Counted from the stretch's first letter, positions 1-12,819 are shown. The stretch: 64,000 bases of DNA from Octopus vulgaris (GCA_951406725.2 OX597819.1:23374001-23438000), one strand, 5' to 3'. Translations and numbers: made by a program. The notes: generated by a model not told the origin, from the letters alone.

Positions 1-826
1 ATTGGAAACGAATGAAACTGAAAATAGGTGGATAAAGAAAAGAACGCATGGACAATTTCATAAGTATGTTGAAGATAAGACAGACAGAGAAAAAAGATGG
101 CTGTGGATGACTAAAAGTGGTTTAAAACAGGAAACGGGGGCCCTAATCTGTGCTGCCCAAGCGCAATCATTAAGGACCAATTACATCAAATACAGAATAG
201 ACAACATATCAGAAAGTGATAAGTGCAAAATTTGTGGACAAAATGGTGAAACCGTATGGCATACTACCAGCCAATGTGCGCCACTAGCCCTGAAAGAATA
301 TAAGAGACGTCACGACAATATAGCAAAGCTTGTCCATTGGACACTTTGCAATAAGTATGGACTTGACAGAACAAAAAAGTGTTAAGAACATAAACCCGAA
401 GACATCATCAAAAATGATAATGCAAAGATCCTGTGGGATTTTATGATTCTAGTGTGACCATGAGAGTGAGAATAGGAAACCAGACATAGTGCTAATTGAG
501 AAAGAAAACAAACTATGCTGGATCATAGATATAGCATGCCCAGCTGACAACAAGGTATGGGATAAGAAATGTTGGTAGATATAACAGGTTCGCTTGGAAG
601 GTAAAGCAGTTGTGGTCGCTGAAAAGGTAGTAGTATTACTAATAATTGTCGGAGCCCTGGGAACAGTGGGTAAAAATATTGAGAAGTACATAGAACAAAT
701 AGGGGCTGCAATGAAAACATCACTGCTTGGACCTGCTCGAATACTAAGGGGTTTTACCTTAATGCACTGGTAGTGAACAGGTGACACCGTAGTACAACAC
801 CAGCGTTAGAAGCTGTGCAAAGACAA
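1..826 (+). mobile_element. R4/Dong-clade non-LTR retrotransposon 3' fragment (zinc knuckle + restriction-like endonuclease), degenerate
   Basis: ORF 2..385 has CKICGQNGETVWHTTSQC and KRRHDN; downstream broken frames give KILWDF, RKPDIVL, IIDIACP, IIVGALG, LLGPARILR; the 3' UTR (..gcgttagaagctgtgcaaag) is shared with the copy at 19981-20216. Confidence 0.85.
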
Positions 827-835
827 TTATCATCA

Positions 836-909
<74 letters not shown>

Positions 910-910
910 T
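826..910. repeat. (ATC)/(ATT)n microsatellite
   Basis: direct reading. Confidence 0.95.
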
Positions 911-1533
911 CTGGGTCAATGAAATAAATATCAGTTGAGCATTTGGGCCTATGTGACCGACTAGTTTCCTCCCAAAAAATGTTAGGCTTGTGCCTTAGTA
1001 GAAAGAATCTTATAATAATGCTGCTTGTCATTGCATTATTTAGTCCGTCCATAACGCTTTCATGTGATTAGAGAAAAAGAGAGAGAAAGAAAAGAGAGAA
1101 AAAAACGGAGAGGGAAAAGAGGGAGAGAGAAGTTTCCGTGGCGTGAGGTAGAGGGAATGCAATTGTAACGCTTTCACGTGATAAGTTAATGGGAAATAGA
1201 GAACAAGAGGAAGAGAGAAAAGAGAGAGAGAGAAAAAAAGAGGAGAATAAGGCGAAGAGTATGACAGAAAGAGAGAGAAAGAAAGAGAGAGAAAAAGACG
1301 GAGAAAGACAAAGATAGAAAGAGAAGCATCCATGACATGAGGAAGGGAGACGTAATATTTATTACGTGTTTTATAAAGTTAGTTGAAGGTAATGATATAG
1401 AGGAGAGCTTAAAAAATAATTGTAGCCAAGGGGTGACGTCTTGATGGTGTTGTTGAAGGAAGGCAGAGATGGTGAGATTAATGAAAGGCAAAGAAAGGGA
1501 GAAAGATAGGAGGGAGAGAAAAACGGGGAGAGA

Positions 1534-1566
<33 letters not shown>

Positions 1567-2114
1567 AGTAATGGTGGTGCTGGTGCTGGAGATGGAGATG
1601 GAGTTGGTGGTGGAGGTTGTGGTGGTGAGCTGATAGTGAAAAGGGCATTTCTTTTAATTAAACTAAGTTTTTTTTTTATATCGCCTATCACTTAACGCAT
1701 GCGCATAAGTGCAATTCCGAGAAATATTCACGCTTATTTACGTAGCAGATATATGCAGTTTAACTAAAGGTTGTATCATATGTACAGCGATATTTTTTTT
1801 TTTCCTGTTTATGGGGAAAATGGGAAAAATAAGAGTGAATATTTATTTTATGAGTACTGTATATTAAGTTTATAAAATTGTGCAGAAAGTATATAAAGTG
1901 TATACATAAGCTATTTTGAGTAATCATTGTATTCCAATTTCTTTCACTTTTCAATGAGTAGCAGACGAGCGACTATCTTTTCATACAGACACAACACAGG
2001 CTACGCTTTCAGACTTTTTTTTTTATAAAGTTTTCAGAAATAGCCCAAAAGGTTTATCCTTAATTCCGTGAAACATTCATGGGTCCCACTAGTTATTATT
2101 ATTATCATTGTTAA

Positions 2115-2327
2115 GGAGGCGAGCTTGCAGAACCGTTAGCACGCCGGGCGAAAGGCTTAGCGGTATTTCGTTTGTCTTTACGTACTGAGTTCAAATTTCA
2201 CCGAGGTCAAGTTTACTTTTCAATCTTTTGAGTTCGATAAAATAAGTAACATTTGAACACTGGAATCGATGTAATCGATTTAATCTCTTCCTTAAAACTG
2301 CTGGACTTGACCCCAAATCTGAAACCA
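2115..2327 (+). mobile_element. tRNA-derived SINE, family M (central domain resembling the Meta/MESC conserved SINE domain)
   Basis: GGCGAGCTGGCAGAA head, GAGTTCAAATT B box, GGTCGACTTTGCCTTTCATCC-type body; many related copies in the window. Confidence 0.8.
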
Positions 2328-2357
2328 TTATCATCGTTGTTGTTGTTGTTGTTGTTG

Positions 2358-2840
2358 TTCTTCTTCTTCTTCTTCTTCTTCTTCTTCTTCTTCTTCTTCT
2401 TCTTCTTCTTCTTCTTCCAATCAGGACTCACGTCATTAGCCACAAAGAATAATCGCTAATTCGAGCCTACCCTAAGCTACTAAGAATGCATGTGGCAACT
2501 TGGAGATCCACCCACCACACGCAATAGACTGGCGGTTGCACGGGCGCGAAAGCTACGTTGTCATCCTCATTCCGTAAACGGTGGCTTTTAACGGGTGGAG
2601 AGCTGAGGATTCGCAATCTAGACTTGGGTCTGAAAGTTTATCACACCATAGTGGGTTACACCATGGTTTTCTCTGCTTTGTGGCAGAAGTAGGAAGAAAG
2701 AGTGAGAGAAAGTTGTGGTGAAAGAATACAGCGGGGTTCACCACCACCCTCCTCGCCGGAGCCTCGTGGTCTGAGAATCGAAACCGCGTTCTTACGACCG
2801 CGAGTCCGCTGCCCTAACCACTGGGCCATTGCGCCTCCAC
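2358..2840 (-). mobile_element. tRNA-Arg-like SINE, family R (OR-type), with a distinct tail ending in (GAA)n
   Basis: Reverse complement begins GGAGGCGCAATGGCCCAGTGGTTAGGGCAGCGGACTCGCGG; body shared with 16465-16846, tail different. Confidence 0.75.
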
Positions 2841-3572
2841 TGCTGTTGTTGCTGTTGTTGCTACTGCTGCTGTTATTGTTATACAGCAAGCCCAGTATTA
2901 GCACGAACATATATAACAATAATAATGTCTATAAGTGTAACAGCAGAATTAATAACAACAAACGCAGAGATGAAAAATAGATACAGCGGACATATTTGAA
3001 TATGTAGAGAAACCTTGAAATCACTTGATATACTAAGAATGTACTTAGAATATAGTGAGATCGATGAGGTGTTCACGTTCACCACAACTCCGACCGAAAC
3101 CAAAACAAGTAATTAAAGTACCAAAAAGACGGAGGAGGCTGTATATAAAGATAATGAAGATTGTGAAGATAATGACGATGGGGGAAGCAAAATGATGCGA
3201 GAAAGAGGTAAAGGAAGAGAACTGCTTTTCGTGTTATTTGATAATATCGGAGATAGAGCTACTCTAGAGAATAAATGTACATTGCAGCTTTTCTTTAATA
3301 ATATCTAAAATTATATTTAATGACTATATCTTGAAGAACTAATGGAGATAGCTAGGTTTTAGAGTAATAGAGGCCATTGTAGTAGCGATAGAATAGTGAG
3401 AGATGAAAAACAGTACGTCTGCGTTTAGTAATTGAAGCCTGTTGAGAGATTGAATCTTTGATAATTGCAAGAATTGTATTGCTTTGTATGTGATTTACGA
3501 CGTAGCAGCAGCTTCGTTCCCTACATGAAAGCAGTACTACAACGTGGATTTTGCTTCACTGTATAGGATTAC

Positions 3573-3975
3573 TTACTCTTTTACTCTTTATACTTGTTTC
3601 AGTCATTTGACTGCGGCCATGCTGGAGCACCGCCTTTTAGTCGAGCAACTCGACCCCGGGACTTATTCTTTGTAAGCCCAGTACTTATTCTATCGGTCTC
3701 TTTTGCCGAACCGCTAAGTGACTGGGACATAAACACACCAGCATCGGTTGTCAAGCAATGCTAGGGGGACAAACATACACACACACACACTTATATATAT
3801 ATACATATATACGACAGGCTTCTTTCAGTTACCGTCTACCAAATCCACTCACAAGGCATTGGTCGGTCCGGGGCTATAGCAGAAGACACTTGCCCAAGAT
3901 GCCATGCAGTGGGACTGAACCCGGAACCATGTGGTTGGTTAGCAAGCTACTTACCACACAGCCACTCCTGCGCCT
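3573..3975 (-). mobile_element. tRNA-derived SINE, family C (GGCGCAGGAGTGGCTGTGTGG head, internal TA/TG microsatellite, GTAAAAGA tail)
   Basis: Near-identical to 17412, 22549, 23318, 29779, 43870, 52210. Confidence 0.9.
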
Positions 3976-4155
3976 ATACTGACAAGGGTTAAAATAGTTT
4001 CCTGACCCTAAAAAAGAATCCTCCTTTATATGCCCTTATAATCCTGTTATATATATGTGTGTGTGCGTGTGTGTGTTTGTATGTGTGTGTATGTATATAC
4101 ATATATATATGTATATATACGTATTTCAAAATAGAAAATTACCCTTTAATGGGTA

Positions 4156-4555
4156 ATTTTGTTTTTTTTCTGAGATTTTTCTAGAAATAGCAGCCAACAC
4201 GGCCAAAAACCACAATTTTATAGCAAATTTCGAAGTAAATGAAAAATAAAAACCTTTACATTGTTATATAATTAGATAAGGGTAGAAATTGATATTAATC
4301 AATTAAAACCACTGGCTTAGCATATTTTAAAAAATCCGAATATTAAAAATTGTGTTACATACAAAATTTAGAGGACCGACCACTAAAGGTGGACAGCCTA
4401 TATGCTAAACATAGACGTCAATTCGCCATTACCACGAAGAATGTGTTCTCAAGAAAAATCTCAGAAAAAAAACAAAATGTGCTAATGCTGATTTGACGTC
4501 TATTTTTAGCATATAGGCTGTCCACTTTTAGTGGTCAGTCCTCTAAATTTTGTAT
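4156..4555. mobile_element. Fold-back element with nested inverted repeats between TA-rich tracts (Penelope-like terminal repeat architecture)
   Basis: 4359-4421 is the reverse complement of 4493-4555; 4156-4182 is the reverse complement of 4452-4478. Confidence 0.6.
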
Positions 4556-4862
4556 ACATATATAATTCTTGAGCCGACTCATAACATCGGTTGCCTGGTT
4601 TCCATAGCATTTAAGTGACCGAGGTCACAACATACTCCTAAACAGTTGCAAGGTTTGATGTCACCAATTTGAAAGCGAAGGTACAAGCCGATTATATCAA
4701 CCCTAGTACTTGACTGGCACTTTATTTTATTGAGCCCGAAGAGATGACAGTCAAAGTTGACCTCGACGAGATTTGAACTCGGAACATAACGTGACAGAAG
4801 AAATGCTGCTGTGCTAACGATTCTGCCATCTCGCCGCCTTAGTGTGTGTGCGTAAGAGAGAG

Positions 4863-4901
<39 letters not shown>

Positions 4902-4928
4902 ATTTGCGCGCGCATGCATGTGTCTGTG

Positions 4929-4955
4929 TAGATAGATAGATAGATAGATAGATAT

Positions 4956-4988
<33 letters not shown>

Positions 4989-5001
4989 CAGACAGATAGA
5001 C

Positions 5002-5060
<59 letters not shown>

Positions 5061-5073
5061 CAGACAGATAGAC

Positions 5074-5137
<64 letters not shown>
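4929..5137. repeat. (GATA)n/(GACA) microsatellite at the 3' end of the Tx1 LINE
   Basis: direct reading. Confidence 0.95.
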
Positions 5138-5139
<2 letters not shown>

Positions 5140-6742
5140 GTTTCTTTATTGGCCACACAGGGCTGCATACAGATGGGACAAGTTACAAGGTAGAGCTTTT
5201 CTTTTGGGGGATGAAAAAAACAAAAAACAAAAGAAAAAAATAATAAATAAATAAAATAAAAAATAAAAAGAATAAAAAGAAAAAAAGAAAAGGAAAAGGA
5301 ACAAAAGAAAAAAGAAGAAAAAAGGGGGGAAAAAGGGGAAGAGGAAAAAAAGAACGATCAATAGGGATCGTGTATCACAGTGTTATGATATATGGTGTAA
5401 AGGGGAAAGCAAGTAAGGTTTATCCGTGGGAAGAAAAGCCTACGAAGAAGACCACGGTAACCTTGGTCAATATTGTTATATGTTACCACATTTGTTTGCA
5501 AGTGGGTAACCCTCTGTTTTCAATTTCTGGGTTCATAGGATTATGCTCAAGGTGGCTTCGTCATTCATACGTGCCATCCTTGCTACATTCACCCATCTTT
5601 TTTTAAAACATTCGCTAAACAAAACTTGCCTCTCTACTCTCACTTTCCTTTTCAAGTGGTACTTGAAGAAGTTGATGAGAGAATGACCAGAGAGGAAAGT
5701 GTTTGTCTCCAATCCTTTCAGACGCGTCCACCAGATACATTCTTTCGCCATAGCCACAAGGATGATGAAAATAGCTCTTCCTTCCCGTTTGAAGGAAGGA
5801 GGCGTGACAATATTGACGATAGACTCAGCTGATAAACCGACTCGTCCCACACGTGACAGCAGTTGTTCGACACAAGCCCACAGGTCGGAGATTGTTGGAC
5901 ACTGCACGAGTGCGTGCAGAACGGTTTCGTCGCTCTGACCGCATCTCTGGCAGGTCGGCCCCGTGTTTCTCGAGCCGTGTCTGTAGAGCTTATCCCGAAC
6001 GGGTAGCGCTTCTCGGTAACACTGCCAGGCCAGGGATCTCTGGAAGTTGTCCATGGGCCCTGGCCCGAAAGTCGTCCTGAACAGGCGGGTCAGGTACTCC
6101 TCGTCGACGTCCAGGTTCGCCCCGAGCTCGTCGTCGTACCTCCCCTCCACTAATCCCCTATAGAATACTTTGGTTGTGTTGAAGTCACTCAAGGTCGACC
6201 TTGAGAGCAACGCGACACTCGCGGTGCCATTCGCCCTTCCTCGGCCTCTTTTTGATCCACGACTGCAGTTCGATCATGGAGACGAGCTGCGGGAAAGCGT
6301 GCCTCACAAACGGCGACCACACCTGTTCACCGTCGTCTACATAGAGCCAGAGATGTCGCAGTTCAGCGCGTGTCTGCGCATCATCAACCACGGCATGCCC
6401 AGCTCTCCTTTTAACGGGTGTTGACAGCAAATGGATGGCCTGACCATCGGGACGCATCCTTTCCACAAGAAGCGAAAGAGAATGCGTTGTAGTTTGGTGA
6501 TGGTGGGTCGGGACAAGGTACGACGGTCAGGCGGTAGTAGATGACGGACGCGATGTACGTGTTCGCCACCTCCGCCCGACCTTTTAGGGACAGTTTCCTC
6601 TCGGCCCATTGCCGGGCGAGAGTGACCACCCTATTCGTTATCTTGTTCCAGTTCTTCTCCACTTGGAGGTCCGGACCAAACCAGACCCCGAGCAACTCAA
6701 CCGGGCCGTCGGTCCAGCGTCCCACGACGGAGGCGCTGGTGG
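5138..6742 (-). mobile_element. L1/Tx1-clade non-LTR retrotransposon, 5'-truncated: RT C-terminus, CCHC zinc finger, 3' UTR with AATAAA
   Basis: Frameshifted ORFs 6411-6725, 6337-6609, 6185-6466, 5533-6210: LLGVWFG, LSLKGRAEVANTYIASVIYYRL, GELGMP, W..YREALPVRDKL, CQRCGQSDETVLHALVQC; GC-rich relative to flanks. Confidence 0.9.
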
Positions 6743-6744
6743 AG

Positions 6745-6775
<31 letters not shown>

Positions 6776-7087
6776 GATGGAATGAGATACAAGTATCAAG
6801 TCTGAATATATTCAGAAATTACAAGACGATTAAAACCACATATATATTATTATTCACCAACTTAGTGAACGATATATATGGTTCTTATTTTTTTTTGTGA
6901 GATATGGCTTCCTCAGGCCACACATTATTTGTCTGTCAAGAAAAAGGATGGATGAAGAGAGAAAGCTAATATAGAGCCTGCGCTTTATATTCGATCCTGT
7001 TTTATTGCATTCAGGAATTTTCGAATATGTGTCGAAAATTAAGCTTATCACATATCTATAACCTGATCACTTACAATACAAGGCTAA

Positions 7088-7298
7088 GACGAGCTGGCAC
7101 AATCGTTAGGGCACCAGGCAAAGTGATTAACAACATTTTGTCCGTCTTTCAGTTTTGAGTTCAAGTTCCGCCAAGATTGACTTTGCCTTTCATCCTTTCA
7201 AGGTCGAGCAAATGAGTACCAGTTAAACACTGGGGTTGACGCAATCGACTTAGCCCCTCCCCCCGAAATTGATAGCTTTGTACTAAAATTTGAAATCA
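7088..7298 (+). mobile_element. SINE family M, diverged
   Basis: head, B box and central domain match the family. Confidence 0.75.
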
Positions 7299-7341
7299 GT
7301 ATACATAAATACGCACACAGACACACACACATATATATATA

Positions 7342-7736
7342 TCTTTATATATAAAAGTCAAGTTGTGTGTCTGTCTCCTACGATTTAGATTCCTAACTAC
7401 TCCCACATTTTGCGGTGCAGTGTAACCAAAACCGGGTATCTTATAGCCGTGATTCATATCGAGCCCTTCTGGGTATTAGCGCGCGTCTACGATGAGTCTA
7501 CCATTTTAAAAATAATTTACCATAACTTTTTTTCCATTTTAATGCATTTTTTCACTATTATATAAGGGAAGTAACTCTCTAAAAATGTCTACGATGAGTC
7601 AACGATTTAAAAAAAATTTATCATCATTTTTTTCCATTTTTAATGCATTTTTTGCTATTTTTTGGCTATAACTCTCTAAAAATGCTTATATAGTTATTTC
7701 CCTTACAAACCCGAGCAACGCCGGGCGATACTGCTA

Positions 7737-7737
<1 letters not shown>
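7342..7737 (+). mobile_element. Non-autonomous Helitron
   Basis: 5' TC(TTTATATATAAAAG), subterminal hairpin CCCGAGCAACGCCGGG, 3' CTAA (CTAG in sibling copies), A|T target; four copies in the window. Confidence 0.85.
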
Positions 7738-7804
<67 letters not shown>

Positions 7805-7968
7805 ATATATCAAGTAGTAGGGTTATCACTGATACTACCAACTAATTATGTAGCACTTCAGCATGTATTTTGCTAAAAGGGCACTCAGGTGGAATACCGG
7901 TGATAAGCACTTTCTATGAACCAATCAACACAGCAAACAATGTATGTAACAACAAACGCTGTATATGA

Positions 7969-8215
7969 AGGCGGCGAGCTGGCAGAAACGTTAGCACGCC
8001 GGGCGAAGTGCTTAGCGATATTTCGTCTGACCTTACGTTCTGAGTTCAAATTCCACCGAGGTCGACTTTGCCTTTCATTCTTTTGGGGGTCGATAAAATA
8101 AGTACCAGTTACGCACCAGTGCGTAACTGGTACTTATTTAATGTAATCGACTTAATCCCTTTCTCTGTCCTTGTTTGTCCCCTCTATGTTTAGCCCCTTG
8201 TGGGCAATAAAGAAT
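7969..8215 (+). mobile_element. SINE family M with Tx1-like tail
   Basis: full head and body, tail CCTTGTTTGTCCCCTCTATGTTTAGCCCCTTGTGGGCAATAAAG; small internal palindrome 8100-8135. Confidence 0.9.
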
Positions 8216-8539
8216 TAAGGAACGCTGTACATATAATGTGATATCAAATTTAAGAATATGGATAGAGTTGAGATGTTTGAATATTTCCACTTTACTGATG
8301 CTATAGTGTTTGTATGTATTTATGTGATGTGTATATGTGTGTGTGAGAGAGAGATTTGTTGTATAAGGCCGGAACATGCGAGGTGGTACTGGATAAACTT
8401 CAAAAAGAAAAACAAAACATAGTTGTAGTCTGACCTATATATCTCAATATTTCAGAGTTATGTCCCTTCTTCGGGACATTGGAAAAGGTCGTTGCACACA
8501 ATGCTTCCTATATATATACATATATATATTAAAAAAAAG

Positions 8540-8835
8540 GAGCATTCCGTCGGTTTCGACGACGAGGGTCCCAGTAGATACGATCAACGGAATAGCCTGC
8601 TCGTGAAATTAACCTGCAAGTGGTTGAGCACTCCACAGACACGTGTACCCAGACCGTGGTTCTCAGGGAGATTCAGCGTTACACAGAGTGTGACAAGGCC
8701 GGCTCTTTGAAATACAGGTACAACTCATTCTTGCCAGCTGAGTGGACTGGAGCAACGTAAAATAAAGTGCCTTGCTCAAGGACACAACGCGACGCCGTGA
8801 ATCGAACTCACAATCGTGAGCCGAATGCCCTAACG
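8540..8835 (-). mobile_element. SINE related to family R (shares the 3' tail of 16465-16846)
   Basis: tail match; tRNA-like head at about 8780-8835. Confidence 0.8.
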
Positions 8836-8856
8836 ACTAAGCCACGCGCCTTCACA

Positions 8857-8888
<32 letters not shown>

Positions 8889-8920
8889 AAATATATAATA
8901 TATATATATATATATATATA

Positions 8921-9318
8921 CTAGCAGTATCGCCCGGCGTTGCTCGCGTTTGTAAGGGAAATAACTTTATAAGCATTTTTAGAGAGTTATAGCCAAAAAA
9001 TAGCAAAAAAATGGATTAAAAATGGAAAAAAAATGATGGTAATTTTTTTTTAAATCGTTGACTCATCGTAGACATTTTTAGAGAGTTACTTCCCTTTATA
9101 TGATAGCGAAAAAATGCATTAAAATGGAAAAAAATTATGGTAAATTATTTTTAAAATCGTAGACTCATCGTAGACGCGCGCTAATACCCAGAAGGGCTCG
9201 ATATGAATCACGACTATAAGATACCCGGTTTTGGTTACACTGCACCGCAAAATGTGGGAGTAGTTAGGAATCTAAATCGTAGGAGACAGACACACAACTT
9301 GACTTTTATATATAAAGA
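8921..9318 (-). mobile_element. Non-autonomous Helitron
   Basis: reverse complement of 7342-7737, intact CTAG end. Confidence 0.85.
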
Positions 9319-10079
9319 TATATGTTGCTTTAATCACAGTAACCTATACGTGAATGACGATATAAGAAATTTAGAAATATAAGCAACCACAAAACCACGG
9401 CTTAAGATATTAGAGGTGAAACGCGTGTATGAAACATATAATTTGTTGCATGCGTTGCATTTGTTCGTCTGCTCTGTATATTATGCAAGAAGGAACGTCT
9501 CTATTCATTTTTTTTCTTCTTCTACTTCTTAAACATGAATTAGTTCAACAAACTATCAACTGCTGGTTAGAAATGTAACTATTAATTCAAATTATAACGA
9601 TGGTTGTTTGAAAATATGTGAATTATATAAAGAAGAAAAAAAAACTATTGAAATATTTAACAAAAGAGCTTCATGATTTCGAGAACGGCTCGTTGTACGT
9701 TTTGTTTTTTATCCGTTTATTATTCGTTTATTTTACTTTTTTTTTTTGGTTTGAAAATCATTCTTTTTATCCTTGATCAGCTTCAAATATGATTGGTTCC
9801 AAATATAATTTGTTGCTAATGTAATTTGTAGCCCAAATCCATTTTCTTTTCACTTCTTACGTGACTTTTAGAATCATTTTAATTTAAAATATTGTAAGGA
9901 AAAGAAGCAAAATTTTAAAAATTCGTTACTTTATCATTCGAATCTTTGGGTGTTCGAAATATTTTCTGCATGCTAAAATACTCTTTCAAGTCTTGAAAGA
10001 TGCTTCGAAATATTTTTTTTCTATATACTTTTGTTTCATGGCTATCATGTGTTTGTAATCCAGCTTTCATATCAATAAA

Positions 10080-10252
<173 letters not shown>

Positions 10253-10254
10253 AA

Positions 10255-10770
10255 GTCATAGAAGCGAGACGGCCAGATATCGTGATCATCCATAAAGATG
10301 AAAAAGAAGTAAAGATAAAAGATGTTGCAATACCAGGCGGTTCGAGGGTGAAATGTAAGGAAACAGAAAAGATTGAGAAATACCAGCCACTGCGGGACGC
10401 GATAGGAAATTTATGGGGCATGAGGAAAGTGATGGTGATACCGGTGATAATTGGAGCATTAGGAGCAGTTTCCAAGGGCTACTGGATTTATTGGCTCTCT
10501 GAAGACCACAGGTGACTGGGACCAAAGGTGTCTGGGACCAAAGGTGTCTAGGACCAAAGGTGTCTGGGACCAAAGGTGTCTGGGACCAAAGGTGTCTGGG
10601 ACCAAAGGTGTCTGGGACCAAAGGTGTCTGGGACCAAAGGTGTCTGGGACCAAAGGTGTCTAGGATTGCTATTTGTCTTTTTTAAGATTCTTAGTGTGGA
10701 AAGCATTTGAATCGCGAAGACCCGAATGTTGCCTCCTAAAACGAATACTCCGTAAAGACGGCTTGACTTC
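10255..10770 (+). mobile_element. R4/Dong-type endonuclease fragment with its 3' portion inverted
   Basis: + strand IEARRPDIVII..DVAIP..EKIEKYQ..VIPVIIGALGAVSK; the continuation GNIRV..STLRILKK lies on the - strand (ORF 10548-10772). Confidence 0.75.
10517..10660. repeat. 16-bp minisatellite TGGGACCAAAGGTGTC x9
   Basis: nine contiguous units, one with a G>A change. Confidence 0.95.
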
Positions 10771-10945
10771 AATTCCAGATACTTTTCTGCCTGTGAATAC
10801 TTGTAACGTCTTCAGTAGGGTTTGTTTGCCCAAGTTCAGACTTCTTAGTCAAACAAGATCTCATGACACCATTTGCAAAAAAACGGCCATCTTCTATAAA
10901 AGTAGCTATCACCACATACATGTGTGCGTGTATGTTTATGTGTGC

Positions 10946-11006
<61 letters not shown>

Positions 11007-11851
11007 GTACATGTATAGATGTGTGCGTGCGTGTTCCTGTCCACCTACCTATGAATCTGACTATATCTATCTATATATCTATGTGGCCTCTTTTTAACGC
11101 TTTCTTTCTTTCTCTCAATATATCCGTTCCAGCTCCTGTTCTTTCTCTGCCTCTCTCACATTATCTCTTTTATAAACACGTTGAAATATGTATGAGATTT
11201 ATATCGCCGCATAATCAATCAATTTATATATAATCAATTTATATAATCGTATAATCAATCTATTTCATCTCTCCGACACTCAGTAGCTATATCGAAGCAA
11301 TGATGCGGCAATAATGCGGTGGTTAGACTTGTGAAAAGCACTCGACAAAATACTTCTCAAATAATTTTTTCAACCAATAATTCACCCTTGAATATTTCGT
11401 TATTTCTTTCAGATATTTCGAATCTAGGACTACATTATCTAACATGACCTTTCCTTTTTAAGACTGTGGAGTGTGTTTTAAATTAAGTTTGGTTGTTCTC
11501 TCTAACATATGGAATGGATGAGTGGAGACTCGCCGACAATTTGCTACAATTCATTCTCCTGCCCACTCTTTTTTAAACTAACCTCCTTATTATCATAGTA
11601 AATACCTCATGCAGAGCTGACATCACGGTTACTTACTCTTACTAAACCTCATACACACCTACAAACTGCCCCAGCTTTACATTAACCACACAGAAATCTG
11701 ATTCAAAACTGAGCATTTACAGTTCCCGAATCTAGTCTCCCTACCAGCACTAAATAAGAATAAATGCAACTAAACATACGATAAACAACATAAAAAGAAG
11801 ATAGAACTATGAATCACGTACAATAACTTCATAACATTTATAACGTACATG

Positions 11852-11907
<56 letters not shown>

Positions 11908-12324
11908 CTTTATTGCCCACGTGGGGCTAAACATAGAGGGGACAAACATGGGCAGAGAAAGGGGTTAAGTCGATTATAACGAACCACCCATGTTTCCAAA
12001 GGTGAATTATTCAAACCCCAAAGAATCCCTCTCAACACATGGCTATGATGCTCCCCCACTACTTCTGCCCTTGATCAGAGATGCACATATCGTCAGCCAC
12101 TAAGGGACATGCTCAACTGGTTAAGGTCAAACAACTGACAAGTAAATGTGTGGTATTGAGCAGAACATTTGCTGTAGCCCATCTTTTATACCAAGACAAA
12201 ACAATGTACATGATAACACTTCCAATCAGTTAAGATCAGAAGCCATGAGAGCCACTGCCTGGTACTGCATCGGGGTATTTATTATTATTATTCTTGTTGT
12301 TGTTGTTGCTTTTGTTGTCGTTGT

Positions 12325-12805
12325 TATTATTATTATTATTAGGTTCGTTGGTGCCTTTAAGTGGCACATCGCGCAGTCAGTGATCTCCAATTATCTCCGT
12401 CTCTGGCTAACTGGTATGCTTCTTCCCGAGTGATGCTCAGTCTGCGTAGGTCTGTCTTCTTTGAGGGTACTACGCCTTGTCTTCCTTGGGCGGTTTCTTC
12501 TCTTACCTTCCAGAGGCATTCTAGCCCATAGCCGGTTTGACAAGCCTCTTCTCTGACTGCGAACGCGCTAACGGTTCTGTCCGGCCATTCTCATTCTTCG
12601 TTCAGTTACAATTGCATGCAAGGGCCCTACTCTTGGTGCCTGAGAGTGGCTTCATTTGTCACTCTGTCTCGATAAGTGACTCTTAAGATCTTTCTGAGAC
12701 ACCACTGATGAAATACGTCGAGATGTTTGCTGTCATCTTCCACATGTCAACTGCACAGATCGCTATTGGAAGTATTACTGTTTTATGCAGACGAGGCTGA
12801 ACCAA
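12325..12805 (-). mobile_element. RTE-clade LINE 3' fragment with (TAA) tail
   Basis: - strand reads LDVFHQWCLRKILRVTYRDRVTNE..RRMRMAG..GKRRNRPRKT..NWRSL. Confidence 0.8.
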
Positions 12806-12818
12806 AAAATATCATATC

Positions 12819-12819
12819 G

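Noticed and set aside
10517-10660. CRISPR-like array
   Set aside because: Contiguous 16-bp units with no spacers, no cas genes, eukaryotic context
11985-12275. Probable interspersed repeat
   Set aside because: Single copy in the window with no diagnostic ends, so it cannot be classified from the sequence
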